31,187 bases of DNA from Octopus sinensis (taxonomy: Eukaryota): NCBI RefSeq assembly GCF_006345805.1, contig NW_021832479.1, positions 1 to 31,187 on the forward strand, given 5' to 3'. The translations under genes were made by a program, and so were the position numbers. The notes below the pieces were generated by a model. It was not told the DNA's origin. It searched no databases and saw nothing but the letters and a program-made list of their open reading frames with translations. Shown here one piece after another: positions 19,350 to 30,642 of the stretch (the stretch's first letter is position 1; each line of letters opens with the position of its first letter).

Positions 19350-20009
19350 CTTTTCGGTTTGAACGGCAGTTTTTAACATAATTTCTAGGTAACTAAAATA
19401 TTTTAAACTTCGTATACTGGTAGAATGTGTTTATAAAACATTTTTTTCTCTTGGCTTTATTGAGAAGATCCTATGGTTTGTAAGATATTTGTTGTTTTTT
19501 TCTTCAATTTCTGCATTTTCAACCAATCACTGACATCTATTGAGGTAAAAAACATTCTGTGCAGTATGAATATGTCCCTCATTTAAGAAACAGATTGGGC
19601 TTATTTATATTTGTGAAGAAAAAAGATACCCCACCCCTAAAACAGATTGAAATGCAATAGATCGATACTAGGGTAATAATTATGGGTGACAACTTCATAT
19701 GACACCGCTAGAAAAAACTGCCGTTCAAACCGAAAAGATCCGAAAAAAGATACCCTTCCCCCTAACCCTAACCCTAAAACAGATTGAAATGCAATAGATC
19801 GATACTAGGGTAATAATTATGGGTGACAATTTCATATGACACCGCTAGGAAAAACTGCCGTTCAAACCGAAAAGATCCGAAAAAAGATACCCTTCCCCCT
19901 AACCCTAAAACAGATTGAAATGCAATAGATCGATACTAGGGTAATAATTATGGGTGACAATTTCATATGACACCGCTAGGAAAAACTGCCGTTCAAACCG
20001 AAAAGATCC
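19345..20009. mobile_element. Third Merlin-like element with triplicated right terminus
   Basis: Left TIR gatc.ttttcggtttgaacggcag. Tandem units 19618-19741, 19742-19878 and 19879-20009 each end in ctgccgttcaaaccgaaaagatcc. Confidence 0.75.
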
Positions 20010-20124
20010 GTATTCCAATTATTTGAAGCTTTTCAAATTTTTACCAGATTGTTCAAAACAATGTACTTCTCACATAGGTTTCTATACTGCTGTTGGAAAT
20101 CGCATTTTCTGTTTCCAAGTAATC

Positions 20125-20430
20125 CATAATAAAGAAGTCAGCTTCCCAACCACATGGTTCCGGGTTCAGTCCCACTGCGTGGCACCCTGGGCATGTGTCT
20201 TCTACTCTAGCCTCGGGACGACCAAAGCCTTGCGAGATAATTTTGGTTGACGGAAACTGAAAGAAGCCCTTCGTATCTATCTCTGTGTTTGTTCCCCCAC
20301 AAACACTTGATAACAGGTGATGGTTTGTTTATGTCCCAGTAACCTAGAGTTTTGGCAAAAACAGACCGATAGAATAAGTACCAGGCTTAAATAATTACTG
20401 GGATCGATTCGTTCGACTAAAAATTCTTCA
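20125..20430 (+). mobile_element. SINE family A, diverged/partially deleted
   Basis: cttcccaaccacatggttccgggttcagtcccactgcgtggcacc...accgatagaataagtacc...gattcgttcgactaaaa. Confidence 0.75.
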
Positions 20431-20745
20431 ACATAGAATATAAAAGATTAGAATTTGAAGTTACGTAACTTTAGTCAATCGAAAACTTCCATTGCCAACA
20501 TATCGCATGTCAGAACTGTTGTCATAGTAATCAACAAAGACAAAGACGACACCGAAAACGAAACCTATATGGTCCCTCTCGACCTGCTAGAAACAGCAGC
20601 CAAATCTTGATGAAACTACACCGTGTCTAATAAAATGAAAGGTCGACACATTATACAACATGGATGAGAATATTGAGTTTTGTCATCCATAATTAGAACG
20701 CTGATGCATCCTAATGTGGTCTTAAATTCACAATTATATTATATA

Positions 20746-21125
20746 CTAGCAGTATCGCCCGGCGTTGCTCGGGTTTGTAAGGGAAATAACTATATAAGCA
20801 TTTTTAGAGAGTTATAGCAAAAAATGCATCAAAAATGGAAAAAAATGATGGTAAATTTTCTTTTAAATCGTTGATTCATCGTAGATATTTTTAGAGAGTT
20901 ACTTCCCTTATATAATAACGAAAAATGCATTAAAATGGAAAAAATGATGGTAAATTTTTTTTTAATCGTAAACTCATCGTAGACGCGCGCTAATACCCAG
21001 ATGGGCTCGATATGAATCACGACTATAAGATACCCAGTTTTGGTTAAACTGCACCGCAAAATGTGGGAGTAGTTAGGAATCTAAATCGTTGGAGACAGAC
21101 ACACAACTTGACTTTTATATATAAA
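20746..21125 (-). mobile_element. Non-autonomous Helitron
   Basis: On the minus strand it ends with a hairpin (plus 20758-20773 cccggcgttgctcggg) followed by CTAG and T. The 5' end reads TT instead of the canonical TC before tatatataaaa. Internal tandem repeat of about 90-100 bp. Confidence 0.7.
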
Positions 21126-21392
21126 TATTTTTATTTACGCGTCACCATAAACACGTTGCATATATTAATAAGAAACGCATGCTTTACGTCTTCGAGAATA
21201 AGCTTCGGTCCGACCTATGCCTTGGATTTGATAGTGGATTTGATAGACAGAAACTGGAGGAAGCCTGTCGTACATACATATTTATATATATAAAAACAGA
21301 ACAGGAGAGTGACTGAAGAGGTCACAGGATGTGTGAGGAAAGATTTCAGACAAAGGATACTAGAATAAAGTTGAAGTGAAGACCAAGGATAC

Positions 21393-21782
21393 AGGCGTAG
21401 GAGTGGTTGTGTGGTAAGTAGCTTGCTTACCAACCACATGGTTCCGGGTTCATTCCCACTGCGTGGCACCATGGGTAAGTGTCCTCTACTATAGCCTCGG
21501 GCTGACCAAAGCATTGTGAGTGGATTTGGTAGACGGAAACTGAAAGAAGCCCGTCGTATATATGTATTTATATATGTATGTATGTGTTTGTCCCCCTAGC
21601 ATTGCTTGACAACCGATGCTGGTGTGTTTACGTCCCTGTCACTTAGCCGTTCGGCAAAAGAGACCGATAGAATAAGTACTAGGCTTACAAAGAATAAGTC
21701 CTGGGGTCGATTTGCTCGACTAAAGGCGGTACTCCAGCATGGCCACAGTCAAATGACTGAAACAAGTAAAAGAGTAAAGAGT
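21393..21782 (+). mobile_element. SINE family A, full length
   Basis: aggcgtaggagtggttgtgtggtaagtagc...gaaacaagtaaaagagtaaagagt. Confidence 0.9.
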
Positions 21783-21917
21783 GCGTGTGTTTAATTAGCC
21801 AAAATCTATGACCATCACCAAATATAACAATAACTATATATATGTGTATATATATATATTTTGATTTTTTTTGATTTTCCAGTTTCAGCTAATGAGCTGT
21901 GGCCATGCTGGGGCACA

Positions 21918-21991
<74 letters not shown>

Positions 21992-21995
<4 letters not shown>

Positions 21996-22327
21996 CAAAA
22001 TGGAACAAGAACGCAAAACATCTAGACAGCTAGGTGTTACAAAAAGGGACAACAGAACATCCAGATAGACGATACAAAAAAAAAAAAAACACGGATGGGT
22101 CATTCGAAGCCTTTTATCTTCAGTCAAGAACCGTATCATCCTCGGAATTTCGGCTGATTAATCTTGAGATTGCTCCAATCTGGCCAGCCCCAAGGAAAAA
22201 CTAAGCTAAGAGCATTAGATTCCTTGGGGGAAAAAAGCATCGAATGTATACGAAACAAGGACAGAAAAACGGACGATGTTACACGAATATAAATAAAATA
22301 AAATAAAACAATAGTAAATAATCTACA
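21992..22327. mobile_element. Unclassified repeat-like remnant inserted in (TA)n (possible PLE terminus)
   Basis: Non-coding island bounded by (TA)n on both sides, like the hammerhead-bearing islands. No intact hammerhead could be folded. Confidence 0.35.
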
Positions 22328-22344
22328 TATATATATATATATAT

Positions 22345-22675
22345 TATTGAAGTAGATAAATGAATTATCTTATTACGGATAATTCAAATGATAACCGATA
22401 CCTGGGTAGCAAAAATCACAACAGAAAAGGCACGGTTGAGGTTACGACCATGGGGCCTACACTAAATATATATATAACGCCGTGATAGACCGTTAGCTCC
22501 TACACGCATTTTTTTCTCTCCTTGTTTTTTTTTTGTGTATCTTTCTGTCGAAGAGCGTAGGCTCGAAACGTAGAAGACTTTTTCTATTTCTATTCCTGAG
22601 CGCCATACTAATACATTTGTTTGTTTGTACACCACCTGCCTTCGTCTTTTGTTTATTTTCGTAAACCTTCCCGTT
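22345..22675 (+). mobile_element. PLE-type terminus in (TA)n with variant minimal hammerhead (22540-22577)
   Basis: UCUUU CUGUCGA A GAGC-GUAG-GCUC GAAA CG UA GAAGA. The downstream cctgagcg..taata..atttgtt motif is shared with 28396-28610. Confidence 0.65.
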
Positions 22676-23030
22676 ATATATATATATATTGGTTACATAT
22701 TACCTATATAACATTTTATAAATTGCATACAACCCCCCACGACTACCTGAAAAAAAACCCCAATTATTTTAATCTTTATTTATTTATATAGTTTGTATAA
22801 ATTCTTTTTAGAAACAAAGCCTACATTCTGAAAAGCATTTCCAAGGTAGAAGAATTGTAAATTCTTAAAGACTATTATGATATGCAATAGAAAAAACTAT
22901 ACGCGAACCTCAGACGAAATACATGAACAGTGAACACCATAAAATAAGCCTTAATAGTATTTACTATTTAATTAGATGACCATTGTCTTGATTTCTGTAC
23001 ATTTAATATGAATTTGTGCTTATTTTCGTA

Positions 23031-23147
23031 GCGTGGCACCTTGGGCAAGTGTCTTCTACTATAGCCTCGGGCCGACCAAAGCCTTGTGAGTGGATTGGTA
23101 GACGGAAACTGAAAGAAGCCCATCATTATATATGTATGTATATATAT

Positions 23148-23198
<51 letters not shown>

Positions 23199-23420
23199 AT
23201 GTATGTGTGTATATGTTTGTTTGTCTGTGTTTGTCCCCCCAACATCGCTTGACAACCGATGCTGGTGTGTTTACGTCCCCGTAACTTAGCGGTTCGGCAA
23301 AAGGAACCGATAGAATAAGTACTAGGCTTACAAAGAATAAGTCCCGGGGTCGATTTGCTTGACTAAAAGGCGGTGCTTTAGCATGGCCACAGTCAAATGA
23401 CTGAAACAAGTAAAAGAGTA
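23031..23420 (+). mobile_element. SINE family A, 5'-truncated
   Basis: gcgtggcaccttgggcaagtgtc...gaaacaagtaaaagagt. Confidence 0.9.
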
Positions 23421-23528
23421 TATATATTCTTCAGCGTTCTACTTGGTTATAACTACAAACGACTCTGACGAGAATAGCAGTAATTTTCTAGGGGTTCAGT
23501 TTTTCTCAACCGATCAAGTAACAAAGGG

Positions 23529-23723
23529 CATTAATACAAAAATTTTCAAATCATGTGGCAACATTATAGAGAAGGTAGATATACAGACAAAGATGTGGAT
23601 TTAAATTTTAAGAACACTACCTCCACTACCTCATATGTTCTTAAAATTTAAATCCACATCTTTGTCTATATATCTACCTTCTCTATAATGTTGCCACTTG
23701 ATTTGAAAATGTTTGTATTAATG
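23529..23723. repeat. Near-perfect inverted repeat (88-bp arms, 19-nt spacer)
   Basis: Arms 23529-23616 and 23636-23723, three mismatches by eye. Confidence 0.95.
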
Positions 23724-23737
23724 GAAAACCTCTATAC

Positions 23738-23823
23738 TTGGCTGATGAGTACTCAGCATCTTAAATCTGTTGTAATACTTACGACATTTAATAAAATGAT
23801 GTAGTACGAAACGATCGTACCAA
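23738..23823 (+). ncRNA. Type I hammerhead ribozyme, canonical core, long stem II, predicted cleavage GUA after 23819
   Basis: Stem I UUGG/CCAA. CUGAUGA 23742-23748. Stem II GUACU/AGUAC, extended by GCAUC/GAUGU, UUAAAU/AUUUAA and UGUUGUAA/UUACGACA. GAAA 23808-23811. Palindromic stem III ACGAUCGU. Confidence 0.85.
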
Positions 23824-23855
23824 ATTACCGGAGTCATTCTTGTTGCTTATTTTGA

Positions 23856-23951
<96 letters not shown>

Positions 23952-23952
<1 letters not shown>

Positions 23953-24169
23953 TGGTAAAACGGTAAGATAACAAAAGAAATTATTATGTAAATAGAGGAA
24001 ATTTATCTATACAATAATATGTTACATTACTCGAAAGTCAAGATAAAACTCTGAGTTTCAGATGCCGAAGTGGGAATCCACGACAGGGAGATGTCGTGGA
24101 TTCCCACTTCGGCATCTGAAACTCAGAGTTTTATTTTGACTTTCGAGTAATGTAACATAATATTGTATA
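23952..24169. mobile_element. Fold-back repeat remnant in (TA)n; palindrome 24008-24169
   Basis: Arms 24008-24085 and 24092-24169 (78 bp), loop GGGAGA, two mismatches. Carries what may be the 3' half of a hammerhead (GAUG..CAUC U GAAA CUC AGAG). Confidence 0.75.
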
Positions 24170-24185
24170 TATATATATATATATA

Positions 24186-25085
24186 CTACCTTCAAAGTAT
24201 TCTCCATTTGAAGCAAAGCATCGGTCCAGACGCGTTTTCCACTGTTCGAAACAGTCCTGGAACTCTTACGAAATGATGCCTTTTAACGCCTCGGTCGTTT
24301 TGGGGTTTTTTCTTCGCCTCTTGCTCATCCGCAAAACGTTTTCCTTTAAGGAATTTTTTTTCATTAGGGAAATAAAAATAGTCGTAACGAACAAGGTCGG
24401 GTGAATAGGGAGAGTGGGAAAGCGGGATCATGCCATCTTTGGTCAAAAACTGTCTCACACTCAAGGCAGCGTGCGCAGGCGCATTGTCGTGATGAAATCA
24501 CCACTCCACTTTGCCACAGATCGGGGTGTTTTCATCTCACTGCGTCTCGCAAGTGCTTCAGAACTTCTAAGTAAAATGTCTGGTTAGCAGTTTGATCAGG
24601 AGGTACAAATTCTGAGAGGACAATTCCTTTCGCCTCGATGAAACAATTCAGCATCGTCTTGACAGCTTCGACTTCACTTGACGCACATTTTGTGGGGCGT
24701 GGTGACACCGAATGCTTCCATTGATTTGATTGCTGCTTCGTTTCCGGGTCGTAACCGTAACACTAGCTCTCATCGCCATTGATGATCTTCGAAAAAGAAT
24801 CCGGATCAACTTCCAACTGTTCTTTCGGTTCACAACACGCATTAAGTCGTGACAGCTTTTGAACTTCCCTGAGCAAGTGAGGTACAATATTTTCTGCAAG
24901 TTTTTTCATTCGCAATTTCTTGCTCAAAATTCGTTGGCAGAAGCTTCAGGACACACCAGTCATATCAACATATCGGTCCTCTAAGATCAGTACATGAATT
25001 TTCGTGATGTTTTCATTCGTCTGTGGGGTCGACGGTCGCCCTGAACGATGTTGGTCTTCAAGCAACCATTCCTAAAGCGTGAAAA
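24186..25085 (-). mobile_element. Degenerate mariner transposase remnant
   Basis: DPDSFSKIINGDES*CYGYDPETKQQSNQWK ... PLSHSPYSPDLV.YDYF..LKGKRFAD..E..EFQDCFEQWKTRLDRCFASNGEYFEG across frameshifts. Confidence 0.85.
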
Positions 25086-25177
25086 CCATATGTAAACTTG
25101 TGCTTTCCTTATGGCAGCGTTCTTGTTAACTGTTTGAGGCATATACAACTGTTTCGGCCGCCATTTTCTCCGGCAGA

Positions 25178-25424
<247 letters not shown>

Positions 25425-25439
25425 TATAAATGTATGTAT

Positions 25440-25484
<45 letters not shown>

Positions 25485-26083
25485 ACAGACAACATGCTTC
25501 TTTCAGTTTCTGTCAATGAAAATTGCCCGAGGTGCCACGCAGCGGAAGTGAACCCAGAATCTTTTACCTGGGGAGCAAACTTATCAGCACATAGTTATAT
25601 ATTTTGCTTGCATTTTGATCTTGAGTATCTGTGGAAGACACAAAGATCCGAAGAGCTAAACTTGGAAATCAGAAAAAATACCATCTACCTTGAGATAAGG
25701 GACACAACTTTTGCTAAATAAAATTTATAAGTTATGTCCCTTGGACTACTATCGCCATTTTTAGGCGATTTGAAAGTTATAGTTTACTTCTTTTTTTTTA
25801 CAATTGAAAATGCAAATGTTAAATTCTGTTCCAGAGTTTTCTTTAAAAAGGAAAGAAAAAGAAAAAGGATTCTAGGGAATAAATAATTGTTGTTGTTTCA
25901 AACTATCGAGACTATTTTTGTTGTTGTTGTTTAACTGGAGTTTAGGCCTCAATCGAAAAACACTACGGTTCTGAGCATGCACCGACTGTGTGTGTGTGTG
26001 TGTCTGTTTCTCTGATTGTGTATCTATCTGTGTGTCGGTCTGTATGCCTGTCTGTCTTTGTCTTTATGTGTGTCTCTGTTTAA

Positions 26084-26084
<1 letters not shown>

Positions 26085-26150
<66 letters not shown>

Positions 26151-26156
26151 CCTATC
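26085..26156. repeat. (CTAT)n microsatellite
   Basis: Direct reading. Confidence 0.97.
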
Positions 26157-27268
26157 AAATGCACCAACGTGGACATGGAGCAACCGCAGTGGGTCGTCGA
26201 GATCGTATCTAGATAGGATACTGTGTAGAACAGTAGACAGGGATAACTTAAGATGTCCACAATTCCACACAGTCAGCTACACGGACCACAAATTCGTGAC
26301 GTGTACGCTAGGCTTAAATAAGGCACATAGACAGGGTCCCGGTTACTGGAAACTGAACGCATCTTTCCCGTCCAGACAGGTTTTCAGAGACAGAATCAAC
26401 ACGTTATTAAAGAGGGCTTTAACGGGATCCATCGTCAACAACAAATGGTGGTTCGCCCTCAAGAGAGCAGTAAAAACGGAAGCAATTAGATATAGCAAGG
26501 CACTAGCAGAAGATAGAAATAGAGTAGAGGGTGATTTAGTTAAGAAGTTAGAAGAGGCAATAAGAAGCGGCATCACATCCGACGTTTTAGCGGCGAGGTT
26601 GGCCCTCGACCAACACTTCAACGCCAAACACGAAGGGTGTGATGTCAGGGCTAGGATGCGTGCTCTAAGGATGGAAGGTGTTGGAGCCGCGAGAGAGGCC
26701 CGGGTGGCGGAGGCGCAGCAGGGCAACAAAGCCACCATTCGGTCTCTGGTAGACGAACAAGGGCGCGAATTGCTCGAGCTCAGCAAGATGTGCGAGGCAT
26801 TTCAGCGACACTTTGCCCGACCGTACGGGACGAGTGGCGAGCGTGAACGCAGGGTGGACTTCAGTTCGTACCTGCACAGCCTGCCACGACTCTCGGCAAG
26901 AGAGGCAGAGTGCTGCGAAGGTGTCATCACGCGGCGGATGTGCGGGACGCAAGGCAGAAATGCTCGAGAGACAAATCGCCGGGTCCGGGTTAGGATGGTC
27001 TGCCCTACGAGTTTTACAATTGTATGCCAATTGTTTGGAGGACGTCTTGGCAGCGGTATACTGCAACTGGCAGCAAAACGGGAGCATACCCGGTTTTGTG
27101 AGTCGAGGAGCCGTAACGCTGCTGAAGAAAGATCCAAACAAGGGGTACATTATAGTTAACTTTAGGCCAATCACTCTGCTCAATGCAGACCTGAAAATTT
27201 TGACAAAGGTGTTAGCCAAGAGGTTGGCGCTTGTCATTGAGAAACTGGTCGACAAGGCGCAAACGTGT
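26157..27268 (+). mobile_element. Tx1/L1-group LINE ORF2 internal fragment (AP-endonuclease C-terminus to RT N-terminus), pseudogenised
   Basis: TWSNRSGSSRSYLDRI...YTDHK...GPGYWKLNAS...; KSPGPG*DGLPYEFY; GAVTLLKK..NFRPITLLNADLKILTKVLAKRL..V...AQTC. Two frameshifts near 26933 and 27030. GC-rich relative to the flanks. Confidence 0.88.
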
Positions 27269-27274
27269 CTCTGT

Positions 27275-27625
<351 letters not shown>

Positions 27626-27683
27626 CGCAGCTTACCTTGTGGTTCGGTGTCGGCATTGGGTCGCATTGGTATTGAGTTCGAAC

Positions 27684-27895
27684 TGGCACCCTATCGATTA
27701 CGACGACGTGTGTTCCAGTTCATCCGATCAGCTCCTCATGATATTAACGTGTAAGTGGCTGAGCACGTCACAGGCACGCGTACCCTTAACGTAGGAGATT
27801 CAGCGTTCAACACAGAATGTGACAAGGCTGGACCCCTTTGAATAACAGGTACTACTCAGTTTTGCCTGCTGAGTGGTTAACTGGAGCAATGATAA
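27684..27895 (-). mobile_element. SINE 3'/central fragment (cephalopod-type)
   Basis: ctggcacc..ttacgacgac..gttccagtt.atccgatca..attaacgtg.aagtggctgagcac..cacag.cacg.gtacccttaacgtag. Recognised from memory only. Confidence 0.5.
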
Positions 27896-27906
27896 ACTCC
27901 CCCTCG

Positions 27907-27961
<55 letters not shown>

Positions 27962-28349
27962 GTTTATAATTATATATATGTTTATAATTTGTACTGTCGT
28001 TACTGTCCTGTTTTTGTTACCATTTTTTACCCCTCTGCGAAAAGATCTCAGAATTTTAATTGATTTGCTTTTCGCAGGAAGGAAAGTTTCTTGTCGAAGA
28101 TACGTCTCGCTTTCACCTTCGAAACGTAGAGTAGATGAAACCATAGCGACAGAAGAAGGGTTTTTTTCTTTGTGTTAATTGTCCTGTACTCTATTTTTTT
28201 TGTTGTTTAAAAAAATGTCCAGTTCCTTTGGTTTGTGTCTATGTTTTCGTTTCTCGTTGTGTTCGACGTCTTTTTGGTACATATGCGTGTATATGTACAT
28301 GTAGAGGTAGGTACGTACATATATGTTTATATATATATGTTTTATTGTT

Positions 28350-28395
<46 letters not shown>

Positions 28396-28396
<1 letters not shown>

Positions 28397-28610
28397 AAAT
28401 GTGACCGCGTGTGTACCGTTGGCAATTTTTTTTCTTCTGTCTTCTCTTCTCTGGATCTTTCCTTCTCCTATGTTTCCGACGAAGAGCTCCGCTCGAAACG
28501 TTAAATCCCCCTTCTTTCCTTCTTTCCTGAGCGTCCAATAATATTATATTTGTTCCACGTCCTCGCGTTGTTGTATTTTTTGTGCTTTCTTATTTGGATT
28601 AACTATATAA
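28396..28610 (+). mobile_element. PLE-type terminus in (TA)n with variant minimal hammerhead (28472-28506)
   Basis: GUUU CCGACGA A GAGC-UCC-GCUC GAAA CG UU AAAU, with (TA)n on both sides. Confidence 0.65.
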
Positions 28611-28632
28611 TATATATATATATATATATATA

Positions 28633-28910
28633 TGGTCCAGTGGTTAGGACAGCGGACTCGCGGTCTTAGGATCGCGGTTTCGATCCCCAGACCGGGCGTT
28701 GTGAGTGTTTATTGAGCGAAAACACCTAAAAGCTCCACGAGGCTCCGGAAGGGGGGGGATCCCAGCTGTACTCTTTCACCACTCTTTCTTCTGTTAGCCT
28801 GCTCGCTTAGCCAGCGGGGTGGCGTCATTCGAAGGCTAAAACAATGCGAACACGTTGTGACCAGCGATGTGTAGCTACATCTGATGGACTGGTCGGTCAC
28901 GAGATCACGT
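28633..28910 (+). mobile_element. tRNA-derived SINE, family-D head with a different 3' tail
   Basis: The first ~150 nt match 2679-2830 (tggtccagtggttagg..gagcgaaaacacctaaaagctccacgaggctccgg). The 3' part is unrelated to the 2679 and 9871 tails. Confidence 0.8.
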
Positions 28911-28972
28911 GATATATATATATATTATATTATATATATATATATATATATATATTAATATGCATACATATA

Positions 28973-29274
28973 TATGGCGTAATGGTTAAGAGCGCGGGCT
29001 ACGAACCCCATGATTCGTAGTTCGATTCAGGCAGTGACCTGAATAATAATAATAATAATTATTATTATTATTATTGTTATTATTATTATTATTATTATTA
29101 TCATTATTATCATTATTATACCAACAACAACATCGAAAAATACCTTAGGAATGAGAACCCAAATTCGAAATTTCCCCAAGACACCTGATGAAGGCTGGAG
29201 GGTATACCAACTGAAACGTTGTGTTAATAACAAACAAGATGAGGACAAATATCCGTCAATTGTAAATAATGTAT
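28973..29274 (+). mobile_element. tRNA-like head + (AAT/ATT)n + hammerhead-bearing PLE terminus, copy 2
   Basis: A box TGGCGTAATGG 28975-28985, anticodon-loop-like CT-ACG-AA, B box GTTCGATTC 29020-29028. Hammerhead GACAC CUGAUGA A GGCUG..CAACU GAAA CG UU GUGUU at 29180-29225 (stem II with one mismatch). Confidence 0.82.
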
Positions 29275-29299
29275 ATATACATACACACACACACACCAC

Positions 29300-30330
29300 A
29301 ACACATGGTTGGCATATATTTTTCCAACACTTTTTCTATTGAATTTTTTGGGAAGACGGTGATGGTGTCGAAGGACTTGGAGTAAGTCCTCAACACCACC
29401 GTCTTCTTTTCAAATTCTTTCAACCATTTTTTGGTTGGTGTAATCTCCCACTCCACAAGTCTTTCATTGTTCTTTCCCATGTTTAATTAAAGAAAAAGTC
29501 CAAAAACAGTTCATAAAGTTCAAATAATCACAGAGAAAAAGAAAGAAAGAGAAAGAAAGTTCCAATAAAAAGGAGGAGTGGCTTGTTTACCAACAACATG
29601 GTTCCGGGTTCAGTCCCACTGCGTGGCACCTTGGGCTAGTGTCTTCTACTATAGCCTCGGGCCAACCAAAGCCTTGTGAGTGGATTTGGTAGACGGAAAC
29701 TGAAAAGAAGCCCGTCGTATATATGTATATATATATATATGCGTGTGTGTGTTTGTGTGTCTGTGTTGGTCCCCCTAGCATTGCTTGACAACCGATGCTG
29801 GTGTGTTTATGTCCCCGTTACTTAGCGGTTCGGCAAAAGAGACCGATAGAATAAGTACTGGGCTCACAAAAGAATAAGTCCCGGGGTCGAGTTGCTCGAT
29901 TAAAGGCGGTGCTCCAGCATGGCCGCAGTCAGATGACTGAAACAAGTAAAAGAGAGTTCAATAAAGGGTTCCAAAATGAAAGATAGAAGAAGAAAGCAAC
30001 AGTTCAACACAGCAAAAATATTTTTTAGGCCACCTGGAACACAGCTTCTCACAGTTGTTGAAAAATTATTCCAAAAATATTTCACAAAGTTATTCTTCAA
30101 CAGGAACAATTTAATTGAGAACAACACTATTTTCAAAGTAAGTTTAGAGGCGGAATACGCCCCAAGCAGTAATTCTCACAATTAAGCGAGAAAAACAAAA
30201 TGCTCTCCTGCAGGCAGACCAAAGCCCAGAATCCAGTGAGGACTCCTTGCTTGTACAAAAAATAAATCTCTCAAACAACGAACCCCACTGAACCCAAAAA
30301 GCAAAAAGTCTTACCTTACAGTAGAGCCTC
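29300..30330 (-). mobile_element. Possible 5' end (UTR + ORF1 start) of a LINE, interrupted by a SINE
   Basis: Non-low-complexity ORF starting at 29480, MGKNNERLVEWEITPTKKWLKEFEKKTVVLRTYSKSFDTITVFPKNSIEKVLEK, cut off by a microsatellite. The assignment is a recollection and has not been verified. Confidence 0.3.
29573..29953 (+). mobile_element. SINE family A with approximate TSD agttc(c)aataaa
   Basis: Family-A body with a short 5' internal deletion. Flanks aaagttccaataaaaagg / agttcaataaaggg. Confidence 0.88.
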
Positions 30331-30437
30331 TCTCCGTAACAACTTTCTTGCCACACAACTACGCCTGTGCTCATACATACATATATTCTTACACATATAC
30401 ATATATACATGCATGCAAACATATATACATATGCATA

Positions 30438-30468
<31 letters not shown>

Positions 30469-30589
30469 CTGATATACATATGTGGTGTGTATGTATGTAT
30501 ATATGTATGTAGTATGTATATATGTATGTGTATATATATATATACATCTATATATATGTGTGTTGTGTTGTTTATGTAGTATAATATGG

Positions 30590-30641
<52 letters not shown>

Positions 30642-30642
<1 letters not shown>

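Noticed and set aside
19618-20009. Regularly spaced repeats that might suggest a CRISPR array
   Set aside because: The whole units are repeated with no unique spacers. They are duplicated transposon termini in a eukaryotic context with no cas genes.
22100-22190. Minus-strand GAAA and CTGAAGA motifs in a (TA)n-flanked island
   Set aside because: No arrangement gave consistent stems I-III around the core, so no ribozyme is called.
23465-23510. CTGACGA followed by a weak hairpin
   Set aside because: No GAAA follows the putative stem II, and there is no cleavage triplet or stem I.
23617-23636. Palindrome spacer whose reverse complement starts TGAGGTAGT, like let-7
   Set aside because: Only 9 nt match, and it sits in the loop rather than the stem of the hairpin, so it cannot be a let-7 precursor.
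25990-27159. 389-aa ORF as a functional host gene or active retrotransposon
   Set aside because: The start lies in microsatellite sequence. The real part is an internal Tx1 ORF2 fragment with frameshifts, a stop and no RT catalytic core.
28973-29040. Possible tRNA-Arg gene (also 272-340 and the SINE heads)
   Set aside because: A and B boxes are present, but the acceptor stem and T-arm cannot be closed. These are tRNA-derived retroposon heads, not tRNA genes.
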